The translations under genes and the position numbers were made by a program. Below are positions 32,860 through 40,619 of a stretch of 64,000 bases of DNA, piece after piece (the stretch's first letter is position 1; the number at the start of each line of letters is the position of its first letter). The DNA lies in contig JACPCV010000005.1 in assembly GCA_016184345.1 (NCBI GenBank), positions 97,017-161,016 of the forward strand, in the 5' to 3' direction. The DNA is from Candidatus Woesearchaeota archaeon (lineage in GTDB: Archaea > Nanobdellota > Nanobdellia > Woesearchaeales > UBA10216). The notes under the pieces are model-generated. The model did not search any database, was not told the origin of the DNA, and saw only the letters and a list, made by a program, of their open reading frames with translations.

Positions 32860-34407
32860 ATGTCTGATGGCAAAAACAAAAAGGCCGCTGCAGCAGCCGA
32901 AGACAAAAAGACAATCGGGCTTACCGTAAAGAAATCCGAGGACTTCTCAGAGTGGTACACACAGGTAATCGCCAAGGCAGAGCTTGCAGACTACACGAAA
33001 GTGTCAGGATGCCTGGTGCTCAGGCCTTACGCATACGCAATCTGGGAAAAGATAGTCAAAGAGGTTGATGCAAGGCTCAAGAAGATGAGGGTGCAGAACT
33101 GCTACTTCCCGCTGCTCATACCCGAGAGCCTGCTCAAGAAGGAGGAGCAGCACATCCAGGGATTCGCGCCCGAAGTTGCCTGGGTAACCCATGCAAGCGA
33201 CACCAAGCTTGATGAGCGGCTCGCAGTAAGGCCTACTTCCGAGACAATAATGTACGATTCTGTCTCAAAATGGGTAAGGAGCTGGAGGGATTTGCCTCTC
33301 AAGCTTAACCAGTGGAACAACGTTGTACGGTGGGAGTTCAAGCACCCCACGCCCTTCATAAGGACAAGAGAATTCCTCTGGAACGAAGGACACACTGCCT
33401 TTGCCACAAAAGAAGAGGCAGAGGCCGAGATAGGGGAGATACTGTCGCTATGGAAGGATATCACTGAAAATTTCCTTGCAGTTGCCGGAATTACAGGGCA
33501 AAAAAGCCAGTCCGAGAAGTTTGCCGGCGCAGTTGCCAGCTACAGCATAGAATTCTTCCTCCCAAACGGCAGGGCAGCGCAGGGGCCTGACGCACACTTT
33601 GACGGCCAGAACTTTGCCAAGGCGTTTGACATCACATTCCTGAACGAGAAAGGCGAAAAGGATTATGTCTGGCAGAACACGTGGGCAATAACCACAAGGA
33701 TGATTGGCATACTGGCAATGGTGCACGGCGACGACAAAGGCTTGGTTATCCCGCCAAACATAGCGCCTGTACAAATAGTTATTGTCCCGATATTGTTTGA
33801 AGACTCCAAAAAGGAAGTCCTGGCAGCTGCAAACAAGATAAGAAAAGAGCTGGAGAAAGAAAGCATAGCTGCCGAAGTTGACGGCCGCGAGACTTACACT
33901 GCCGGCTGGAAGTTCAACGAGTGGGAGCTTAAGGGCGTCCCAGTCAGGATAGAAATTGGACCTAGAGACATGCAGCAGAAGCAGGCCATCATCGTAAGGA
34001 GAGACACATCAGCGAAGGAAACCGTCAAGCTGGAAGCTGTTGCAGCTGCCGCAAGGAAAACGCTTGCCGAAATCCAGGAGTCACTCTACCAAAAGTCAAA
34101 GCAGCAGCTTGAAAACAGCATTGTGGCTGCCAAAAACATTGGTGAAATCGCCACTGCAGTGAAAAGCAAGAAGCTCGCAAAAGCAGATTTCTGCGGCTCA
34201 GCAAAGTGCGAGGCAGAAGTCAAGGAAAAAGCGGACGGAGCAACCTCAAGGTGCATGACCCTTTTAGAACCCAAATCGACAGAAGCCGATTGGGCCCAGT
34301 CGTCGCAACGACTTGGGAAAGGGTCAATCCAAAAACGCGAACAAATGGGCAAATGCGTTGTGTGCGGAAAAGAAGGAGTTGCGAGCTGGTTTGGGAAGGC
34401 GTACTGA
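32860..34407 (+). CDS. proS: Prolyl-tRNA synthetase, archaeal type, with an in-frame repeat-derived insertion near the C-terminus
   Basis: FSEWYTQVI, RPTSETIMY, WNNVVRWE (class II motifs), and the C-terminal ..CVVCGKEG..WFGKAY end. Extra residues TLLEPKSTEADWAQSSQRLGKGS.. are encoded by the element at 34257-34325. Confidence 0.9.
   Translation: MSDGKNKKAAAAAEDKKTIGLTVKKSEDFSEWYTQVIAKAELADYTKVSGCLVLRPYAYAIWEKIVKEVDARLKKMRVQNCYFPLLIPESLLKKEEQHIQGFAPEVAWVTHASDTKLDERLAVRPTSETIMYDSVSKWVRSWRDLPLKLNQWNNVVRWEFKHPTPFIRTREFLWNEGHTAFATKEEAEAEIGEILSLWKDITENFLAVAGITGQKSQSEKFAGAVASYSIEFFLPNGRAAQGPDAHFDGQNFAKAFDITFLNEKGEKDYVWQNTWAITTRMIGILAMVHGDDKGLVIPPNIAPVQIVIVPILFEDSKKEVLAAANKIRKELEKESIAAEVDGRETYTAGWKFNEWELKGVPVRIEIGPRDMQQKQAIIVRRDTSAKETVKLEAVAAAARKTLAEIQESLYQKSKQQLENSIVAAKNIGEIATAVKSKKLAKADFCGSAKCEAEVKEKADGATSRCMTLLEPKSTEADWAQSSQRLGKGSIQKREQMGKCVVCGKEGVASWFGKAY
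34257..34345 (+). repeat. Structured element inside proS: 8-bp outer stem enclosing twin bulged hairpins, followed by an AATCCAAAAACG tail
   Basis: gacccttt (34257-34264) pairs with aaagggtc (34318-34325). Inner hairpins are cccaaatcg/cgattggg and cccagtcg/cgacttggg. The core is 69 nt, or 23 codons. Related to tRNA intron modules and to 5379-5476. Confidence 0.85.
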
Positions 34408-34409
34408 CA

Positions 34410-34544
34410 ATGCTTAATGACCAAGATTTTATTGTGAAAGCGCGACTTAAGGAAATAAAGGTCAATCCTTTAATTGGAAGATCGGAAAAAGAACTTGACG
34501 CTTACCTTGCAAAAAGAGGAGTAAAAGTTGTTCAGAATATTTAA
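34410..34544 (+). CDS. Small putative antitoxin (44 aa)
   Basis: MLNDQDFIVKARLKEIK.... Overlaps the start of the RelE-like gene by 17 nt. Confidence 0.4.
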   Translation: MLNDQDFIVKARLKEIKVNPLIGRSEKELDAYLAKRGVKVVQNI

Positions 34545-34857
34545 GTCGGCAACGTTTGATAAGGACTTCGATAAGCTTGATAATTCAGAGCAGAAGCGGG
34601 TAGATAAGATTCTGAATCAATTGCTGGAGCGCGGCGGCGAAGTTGGAAAGCCGCTTTCAGGATTACCTTTCTTTAAAGAAAAGAAGTTTGACGGGAAAAG
34701 GCTTTATTTCCTTGTTTATGAAAACCTTCATGTTGTTCTTGTTCTTGCAATAAGCGACAAAAAAGCGCAGCAAACTACTATTAATTTAATTCTGCGTGAC
34801 TTGGCACAATATCAGCAATACGTTCTTGCCGAACTTAAAAAGAAAGCAGTTACTTAA
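34528..34857 (+). CDS. relE: RelE/ParE-superfamily toxin-like protein
   Basis: TTG start. FDKDFDKLDNSEQKRVDKILNQL...GKPLSG...KFDGKRLYFLVYENLHVVLVLAISDKK is typical of a RelE-like addiction-module toxin. Confidence 0.55.
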   Translation: MFRIFKSATFDKDFDKLDNSEQKRVDKILNQLLERGGEVGKPLSGLPFFKEKKFDGKRLYFLVYENLHVVLVLAISDKKAQQTTINLILRDLAQYQQYVLAELKKKAVT

Positions 34858-35008
34858 ATTGTTTAGGCTTCCACTCGCTTATTCTGCCGTGCTTAACGTC
34901 TTCCAGGCTTCTGCGGATTTTTTCCACCAGTTCGTAATCTATTTCAGCCTCTTGTGCCTTCCTCTTAAGAGTCTCGTACTCTTCTTTTGAGATAGTTACT
35001 GTTTCCAT
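34850..35008 (-). CDS. Small ORF (52 aa), antitoxin-like; not in the supplied ORF track
   Basis: METVTISKEEYETLKRKAQEAEIDYELVEKIRRSLEDVKHGRISEWKPKQFK. Convergent with the RelE-like gene, overlapping its end by 8 nt. Confidence 0.35.
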   Translation of the reverse strand: METVTISKEEYETLKRKAQEAEIDYELVEKIRRSLEDVKHGRISEWKPKQFK

Positions 35009-35057
35009 TTCAGTTTAACGCTATTCAGAGTTTATACTATTTAAATTTTCCGCCTTT

Positions 35058-35108
35058 ATCGTGTGCGGCAAGGAAGGAACGGTTGCGTGGTTTGGAAAAG
35101 CTTACTAG
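35058..35108 (+). repeat. Displaced copy 2 of the proS 3' end
   Basis: Translates as IVCGKEGTVAWFGKAY*, against CVVCGKEGVASWFGKAY* in proS. The nt sequence has diverged mainly at synonymous positions. Confidence 0.85.
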
Positions 35109-35109
35109 C

Positions 35110-35409
35110 TTACTTTAGCATTCGTAGTTCTTTCTCTAAATCCTCTATTGAGTAGCTGGACCTGTAGCCGTTATCGACTAAGTACTGTTCCATCTCCCAA
35201 ATTGTGAGCTCTGCTTTGCGTGCCGCTTCTGAAATGCTTATCTTGCCCTTCATGTACTCGCCTGCAGCCTTTTTTTCCAACAGGGCTTTAAGTCCTATTG
35301 TAACCGCCTTCCTGATTATCGTGCTTCTATCCTCCAGTTCTGATTTTCCCAAGTACTCTGCCTTTTTTAGAATATCATCCGATAGCCTCACTCCCACCGC
35401 TGCTGTCAT
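35110..35409 (-). CDS. RHH/UPF0175-like antitoxin
   Basis: VRLSDDILKKAEYL...RSTIIRKAV (ribbon-helix-helix-like) followed by ISISEAARKAELTIWEMEQYL (UPF0175-like). Overlaps the upstream PIN-like gene by 4 nt. Confidence 0.5.
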   Translation of the reverse strand: MTAAVGVRLSDDILKKAEYLGKSELEDRSTIIRKAVTIGLKALLEKKAAGEYMKGKISISEAARKAELTIWEMEQYLVDNGYRSSYSIEDLEKELRMLK

Positions 35410-35906
35410 TTTGTGCCCTCCATTAAAGCCTTATCAAGTATAGCATCCCCGAACCAGCCAATCTTCCTCAATTCTGTGATGGATTCCTTAAACTTCATAT
35501 AGTCAATAAGCTTTGCAAGCTTTAGCCTGAGCACAATTGCCAACGTTCCAATCGTTCTTACGTCAATTAAAACCGCTTTCTTCCTTACATTGTCATCGTC
35601 GGTTGCCAGCATTTCTGCTTTTTCCTGCCAGTAGAGTGCAACTGCTTCAGCTTCCCCGCCTTTGATGTTAAACTCATTTGCCTTTTTAACCAAAGTAGCA
35701 TCCTTGACGCGTACAACCCTTAGTTTGCGCTCATTAACCAGATTCTCAACAACCCTCGCATCAGCATACCCTTTGCTTAAGCCTTCCATAACCTCTTCAT
35801 ACACCAGTCTTGGAGTGATAACTTCCTTAAAGTAACCACAGCTTTTCTCCAAAAGTGATATCTTGGCCAGATGGATTAAAACCATTGCATCCTTGACAAT
35901 CAACAT
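35406..35906 (-). CDS. PIN-like (DUF3368-type) toxin
   Basis: ATG at 35906, with tatttaaat 25-33 nt upstream. MLIVKDAMVLIHLAKISLL...LATDDDNVRKKA.... Confidence 0.5.
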   Translation of the reverse strand: MLIVKDAMVLIHLAKISLLEKSCGYFKEVITPRLVYEEVMEGLSKGYADARVVENLVNERKLRVVRVKDATLVKKANEFNIKGGEAEAVALYWQEKAEMLATDDDNVRKKAVLIDVRTIGTLAIVLRLKLAKLIDYMKFKESITELRKIGWFGDAILDKALMEGTK

Positions 35907-35977
35907 TTGTAATACAATGTGCACATTGTATATTTAAATGTTTCTGTTTCACTCAAAAATACAGAAACCCAGAAAAA

Positions 35978-36037
35978 GGCGGCTGTGCTGTGTGTGGCAA
36001 GGAAGAAATAGTTACGTGGTTCGGGAAGGCGTATTGA
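35978..36037 (+). repeat. Displaced copy 3 of the proS 3' end
   Basis: Translates as GGCAVCGKEEIVTWFGKAY*. Confidence 0.85.
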
Positions 36038-36068
36038 ACTTAGAGAATCAGAAAAAATGAGCATGACT

Positions 36069-37151
36069 TTAAGGTCTTCTTATCAACCTTCCTACACCAC
36101 TAAAATTAAACCTGCTAGCTAAGCCCTTAAGCCCTCTTCTGGCTGCCTGAGCCTGCCTCAGCCCAGCAACCTGCCTCTTGATGCCGATTGAGTTCAGCGT
36201 CCCTGTTTTAGTTTCTCCCTTCAAATCATTTAGCCGTCTTTGAATAAGCTGCTGCACTTTGTTAACGTCATTCCCCTCCAACGCCCTAAGCCCTGCCTGT
36301 ATTTTGTCAATGTCTGAGATGGCAGCTTCAAGCTGAAGTATTGCGTGTGGGATGTCATTTGCACGCAGGTATGCCTCTGCCTTTGTGAAATAATTGGTAA
36401 AAGCCCTCTCGAGTTGGCCTACAGCAACCGCGTGCGTTTCCAAAGTGCTCTTGACAGTGGCGACCTGCTCGTTTATTCTCCTCTTTGCGTCCTGCTCAAA
36501 CTTGCCCTTCACCTGTGCCCATTTCGCGTTGTTAGGTCCCTTGCCTGCCCAGCCAGAAGCTTTCCTCGCAACAATCTCTTCTGAAATCTCTTTCCTGGTG
36601 CCTGCAAACATTTTGTTAATGTTATTATTTTCAGCAATCTCAAGCTGTTCCAGCTGCCCGATTAGCCCCCTCAATTCCTGCTCCAAGTTACTAATCCTGC
36701 TTGAATACTGCACAATCTCGCCAACCTTCAGCCTCACTTCTTCAACAAGGTCTGGACTCTCTCTGCCGGCTTTAACCATTTTTCGTAAAGCATCAATCAT
36801 CCTCTTACAAGCGTTTTTGATTTCGTCCCAAAGCTTGCTCTCATTGAATGTCAGGCTCCGAATCATGCGAATATCAATGAGCTCCCTGGCTTCCTCCGCA
36901 AGCTCAGTAGCGCGCTCTTTTGCTTCAGTACCTTCCTCGGCAAGCGCAGCCTGGTCCTCAGCTGTTGCAACGGCAGCACTGCCTGGTCTGCTGCCGCCTC
37001 TGCCACCAAAGAGATTGCCGCCCCAACTGCCGCCGTCTCCACCCTGGTTGCTGTCTCCTCTAAATACGCCAATTACTTCTTTAATTGCTAGGATAACAAG
37101 GGCAACTTCCAAGAATCCAACAAAATCAGCTACAGCATCAAACAGTACCAT
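36069..37151 (-). CDS. Membrane-anchored Gly-rich/coiled-coil protein (FHA operon gene 3)
   Basis: The ATG at 37151 lies 1 nt after the upstream stop. N-terminal TM (FVGFLEVALVILAI), GGDGGSWGGNLFGGRGGSRPG, then a long helical region. The track's longer N-terminal extension overlaps the upstream gene. Confidence 0.6.
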   Translation of the reverse strand: MVLFDAVADFVGFLEVALVILAIKEVIGVFRGDSNQGGDGGSWGGNLFGGRGGSRPGSAAVATAEDQAALAEEGTEAKERATELAEEARELIDIRMIRSLTFNESKLWDEIKNACKRMIDALRKMVKAGRESPDLVEEVRLKVGEIVQYSSRISNLEQELRGLIGQLEQLEIAENNNINKMFAGTRKEISEEIVARKASGWAGKGPNNAKWAQVKGKFEQDAKRRINEQVATVKSTLETHAVAVGQLERAFTNYFTKAEAYLRANDIPHAILQLEAAISDIDKIQAGLRALEGNDVNKVQQLIQRRLNDLKGETKTGTLNSIGIKRQVAGLRQAQAARRGLKGLASRFNFSGVGRLIRRP

Positions 37152-37152
37152 C

Positions 37153-37869
37153 TTACTTTTTCGCCCCGAATCTTTGTAACTTTCTGGCGGCTGTGGCCGC
37201 GAGTTTAATGCCTCTTTTAGATATCTGCTCCAAACTGAACCTGTCACTAAAACGTATAAAGTATACTGTGGTGAGAATGCCAAAACCACGGGGAGTTCCC
37301 CCGCCACCGGTAAACTTGTCTGCCACAAAACCGCTAATGTGGTCAAGTATGTACAAAAGAAGTATGATAAAAACAAGTCTCGTAAGTGCTAGAATCCTTC
37401 CTGGCGGTACCATAGTTGGCAAGCCACCGTAAAGAAATGCGAGGAGTCCAATGGCAAGAAAACCAACCAAAGCCGCAGCCACAACAGTGCTGTAGCTTTC
37501 ACCAATGCCTATAAGTAATTGAGGGCTTATAAAAATACTGCCCACTGTGGCGAAAACCATTGCAATGGCCATGGAAGCTCCGCCTGCGAACATGCCTGCT
37601 CCTGCAGCACCACCTCCTAGTCTTCTAAGCGCTGTCCACACCACAGTAAAGACAACAATCCAGACCATTATTCTCATAAATCCAGCAAGCTTTGCAGCAT
37701 CATTATCCAAAAAGTTAAGTTGTGCTATGCTCAGTAAGCTATCAGAAGTCCTCTTCCAAAAATTCTCTCTCTGCGCAGCTACAGTCGCAGAAAGGGAGAG
37801 GAACATTACCGCAGCTATTACGACAAGTAGTAAGACTCTCTTATTGCCCTCATTCATTAATCTACACAC
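37153..37869 (-). CDS. Polytopic membrane protein (FHA operon gene 2)
   Basis: 238 aa with about 6 hydrophobic segments. Confidence 0.6.
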   Translation of the reverse strand: MCRLMNEGNKRVLLLVVIAAVMFLSLSATVAAQRENFWKRTSDSLLSIAQLNFLDNDAAKLAGFMRIMVWIVVFTVVWTALRRLGGGAAGAGMFAGGASMAIAMVFATVGSIFISPQLLIGIGESYSTVVAAALVGFLAIGLLAFLYGGLPTMVPPGRILALTRLVFIILLLYILDHISGFVADKFTGGGGTPRGFGILTTVYFIRFSDRFSLEQISKRGIKLAATAARKLQRFGAKK

Positions 37870-37953
37870 CTTTTTGGACTACTATAACTTAAACTATAAC
37901 CACTTTCTGATGTCTCTATATTTAAATATTTCTTCCAAGAAGGAGATTGCCAC

Positions 37954-38613
37954 CTACCGGATGTAAACTGCCAGCCTTGGCACATTTGGCTTCCCATCAG
38001 GTCCGGTGATTGCTGCTGGAGGGCGTAATGTGTTCTTGCCAGCCGCACCTGTTGCCGCAGCAACTATCCCAGACTGCGTGACAATGTCGTAATTAAAGCC
38101 GGGTAAAATAGTATCTCCATTTCTTAACAGCAGCCCATGCGGAGATATGTGGGCGTGAATGTTATAAACTTCTGCTTCATTGGTAACTGCGCTTCTGGTA
38201 AGGTAACCTGAAATGTCGTTTACGCCTCCAACATTTGTAACCTGGAAGCGCAACACAGGCAAGCCAGCAAATGCGCCACTCTGCCTGCGTTCAATCACCG
38301 TTCCATATCGGGAATTATCCTCATAGATGACAGTCCCGTCAGGAAGAAAAGACACTACTCCGTGGACACGAGAAACCCTTGCAAGTCTTGGAGGATCAAA
38401 ATTCCCGTCTAAGTTCAGGTAATCTGCAAGAACTGGCGCTCCTGCAAATGCGCCAAGAACAATACGACTGCCTCTGGTTTCAGTACTGGCAAGCACTTTT
38501 TTTGTTTCAGTATCCACTATCTCAACGAGCCTTCGCCTTGCCGATTCACTTGGAGGAACCGGCTTGACCAATTCCTGTGAAGGTTCTACACTCAAAAAAT
38601 CCCAAATCCCCAT
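37954..38613 (-). CDS. FHA-domain-like protein (FHA operon gene 1)
   Basis: RIVLGAF...LARVSRVHGVVSFLPDGTVIYEDNSRYGTVIE fits the FHA core (G.R..SR.Ha...DG...D.S.NGT). tatttaaat lies 24 nt upstream of the ATG. Confidence 0.55.
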   Translation of the reverse strand: MGIWDFLSVEPSQELVKPVPPSESARRRLVEIVDTETKKVLASTETRGSRIVLGAFAGAPVLADYLNLDGNFDPPRLARVSRVHGVVSFLPDGTVIYEDNSRYGTVIERRQSGAFAGLPVLRFQVTNVGGVNDISGYLTRSAVTNEAEVYNIHAHISPHGLLLRNGDTILPGFNYDIVTQSGIVAAATGAAGKNTLRPPAAITGPDGKPNVPRLAVYIR

Positions 38614-38636
38614 ACGTTACCCCTAGTAAGTAGTAG

Positions 38637-38645
38637 TATTTAAAT
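38637..38645 (-). promoter_or_regulatory. TATA box for the FHA operon
   Basis: tatttaaat lies 24-32 nt from the start codon at 38613. Confidence 0.5.
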
Positions 38646-38690
38646 CTTTCTATGTTTTTGGCTAAAAAATGAAAATTCAAGGCTTTAGAA

Positions 38691-39131
38691 CTAAAACCCC
38701 TGCGTTCCCCCGTATATTAGGAGGAAGCCTGTAACTATGTACAGCGTGTTGATGACGACTGCTGCAAGCTCGGGCAGGGTGAAGCCTATCACGCCAAAGC
38801 TGTGAAGCAGCGGGATAAGGCCGACTGCCAGCAGCACAAGCGCCATGACGAACGTTGCCATCCTTGCCATCTGGGCAAAGCCCATCATTGCCATGTTCTC
38901 TGAGATGGCGTTCCAGAGCAGGAAAACTGCCCCAAAAACGCTCAGGGCGTACAGGATAGTTTGCGGAAGCACAGGTATGGTAAAGCCGATTACTTTCATG
39001 CTGTTAAGAAGAGGGATGCCGCCAAAAGCGAGGAACACCAGCCCCGTGACAAGGCTTATCGGCTTTCTGGGGCCGCCCATCATCATGCCCTGGCCTTTTT
39101 TGCCCAGAAGCAACAGCATTAAGTGAACCAT
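38691..39131 (-). CDS. Small 4-TM membrane protein with internal duplication
   Basis: GGIPLLNSMKVIGFTIPVLP and VGLIPLLHSFGVIGFTLPEL are repeated halves. Confidence 0.55.
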   Translation of the reverse strand: MVHLMLLLLGKKGQGMMMGGPRKPISLVTGLVFLAFGGIPLLNSMKVIGFTIPVLPQTILYALSVFGAVFLLWNAISENMAMMGFAQMARMATFVMALVLLAVGLIPLLHSFGVIGFTLPELAAVVINTLYIVTGFLLIYGGTQGF

Positions 39132-39198
39132 CTACACACCTCTTACAGCAATTCGCGCAATATACTGCACTTCCAAGCACTTTTCACAAATCGTGTTT

Positions 39199-39600
39199 TT
39201 AAATGTTTCGCAGCAATTCCGCAGCTGTGACTATTTTTGCGCTTCTGAACTTTTTAAGCACTAGCAGGTCTTTATCGCCAGATATTATGTAATCAGCATT
39301 ACCCTCTAAAGCTGCCTCTAACAGCTTATTATCATCAGGGTCTCTGCATACGCTTCTTACCTTCTCTTTTGGCATAACAACCTCAGCTGCTTCGATAAGC
39401 GCGTTTACGAAGTCGTTAACCTCTTCCTCACTAAAGCCGAACTTAGGCCTTAAAGCTACCTCTTTGAATTCGTCAAGAACATCTACGGAAGTGATAATAA
39501 TAATTTCTCTCACAAAACATTTCTCAATCAGCCGGTACTCGTTCCCTTCCACTATAAGAGCAGAAATTAGGACGTTTGTGTCAGGAACTACCCGCAGCAT
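39199..39600 (-). CDS. vapC: PIN-domain toxin (VapC-like)
   Basis: MLRVVPDTNVLISALI...IISGDKDLL. Confidence 0.8.
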   Translation of the reverse strand: MLRVVPDTNVLISALIVEGNEYRLIEKCFVREIIIITSVDVLDEFKEVALRPKFGFSEEEVNDFVNALIEAAEVVMPKEKVRSVCRDPDDNKLLEAALEGNADYIISGDKDLLVLKKFRSAKIVTAAELLRNI

Positions 39601-39859
39601 GCCTTGCCTTCCTCACAGCCTTAATCTCCCTTGCAATGTCTTCCCTAGTTATGCCGCGCTCCTTGAAGCGCTTTGTAGCCTCGGCTGCTAATTCGCGAAA
39701 AACCTCAATCGGCTCTCTTTTCTTTCTTATCAAGATTGTGTCGTCTGAGTAAAAGAAGTCAAGAACTTGCCCCTCTTCCAGTTCCAGGGCCTCTCTTATG
39801 GAGGCGGGTAGCGTTATCTGACCTTGCCTTGTTATCTTATAAGTTCCTGCGGTCTTCAT
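39581..39859 (-). CDS. vapB: AbrB/SpoVT-type antitoxin (VapB-like)
   Basis: YKITRQGQITLPASIREALELEEGQVLDF. Overlaps vapC by 20 nt. tatttaaa lies 24 nt upstream. Confidence 0.75.
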   Translation of the reverse strand: MKTAGTYKITRQGQITLPASIREALELEEGQVLDFFYSDDTILIRKKREPIEVFRELAAEATKRFKERGITREDIAREIKAVRKARHAAGSS

Positions 39860-40053
39860 AATAGTATTTGTAGTAGAGATAGTATTTAAACTTTTCTGTT
39901 TTATTGCGCCATTGAAAAGTTGCCGTTGTTCGGCCAGCTTGACACTACCCGTTGCAGCTGTTCGGCAGCAGTGCAGCCTCCTTAGCGACCAAAAGCTTTA
40001 TATTCTTACATTTCTTACAAATAAGAAGAATAGACGATACGGAGGTGGTTGAG

Positions 40054-40302
40054 ATGGAGCTGCTTGAGATGAAGAGTGCCAAGATAACAAAGAAAGGGCA
40101 GATTGCCATTCCCAAAAGTGTAAGAAAGCTTGAAGGATTTAGTGAAGGCTCAAAGGTGGCAATTCTTGCGTTTAAGGACAGAGTTGAACTGAAGCCTATG
40201 AAGCAAATCAGCAGAATCGCGCTTACAGCCCTGGCAAGCGAAAAAACGCTTGCGAAAGACTGGGATACTAAAGAGGAAGATGACGCATGGAAAAACTTGT
40301 GA
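40054..40302 (+). CDS. mazE: AbrB/MazE-type antitoxin
   Basis: ggaggtg RBS at 40041-40047. KITKKGQIAIPKSVRKLEGFSEGSKVAI. Confidence 0.7.
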   Translation: MELLEMKSAKITKKGQIAIPKSVRKLEGFSEGSKVAILAFKDRVELKPMKQISRIALTALASEKTLAKDWDTKEEDDAWKNL

Positions 40303-40619
40303 AGGGAGACATAGTCGTTGTGCCGTTTCCTTTTTCCGACCTGAGCGCTTCAAAGAAAAGACCTGCACTTGTGATTGCATCTTTAACAGGAAATGACCTC
40401 ATTCTCTGCCAGATAACAAGCAAAGCAAAATTTGACGGCTATTCGATAAGCCTTGCCGGTGCAGATTTTGAAAAAGGAGGGCTGAATGTGCCAAGCAGGA
40501 TAAGGCCGAATCGGTTGTTTACAGCTGACAACTCAATAATCCTGTACAAAGCAGGCTCACTTCGGCAGGGGAAAATCAATGAGGTTGAAGAAGCACTGGT
40601 CAGGATAATCCGGGGTTAA
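40287..40619 (+). CDS. mazF: MazF/PemK-family toxin
   Basis: GDIVVVPFPFSDLSASKKRPALVI...RPNRLFT. Confidence 0.85.
   Translation: MEKLVKGDIVVVPFPFSDLSASKKRPALVIASLTGNDLILCQITSKAKFDGYSISLAGADFEKGGLNVPSRIRPNRLFTADNSIILYKAGSLRQGKINEVEEALVRIIRG

Larger units (their letters stand above)
34408..35108. mobile_element. Putative integrated cassette 1 (RelE-type TA pair plus small ORF), bounded by proS 3'-end copies
   Basis: Lies between the functional proS end (34359-34407) and a second copy of that end (35058-35108, IVCGKEGTVAWFGKAY*). No integrase is visible. Confidence 0.5.
35109..36037. mobile_element. Putative integrated cassette 2 (UPF0175-like/PIN-like TA pair), bounded by proS 3'-end copies
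   Basis: Lies between copy 2 (35058-35108) and copy 3 (35978-36037, GGCAVCGKEEIVTWFGKAY*). Confidence 0.5.

Noticed and set aside
37152-37376. 75-codon N-terminal extension of track ORF 36069-37376.
   Set aside because: It overlaps the 3' end of the upstream membrane gene by 224 nt. An ATG at 37151, 1 nt after that gene's stop, gives a typical coupled start and a TM-anchored N-terminus.
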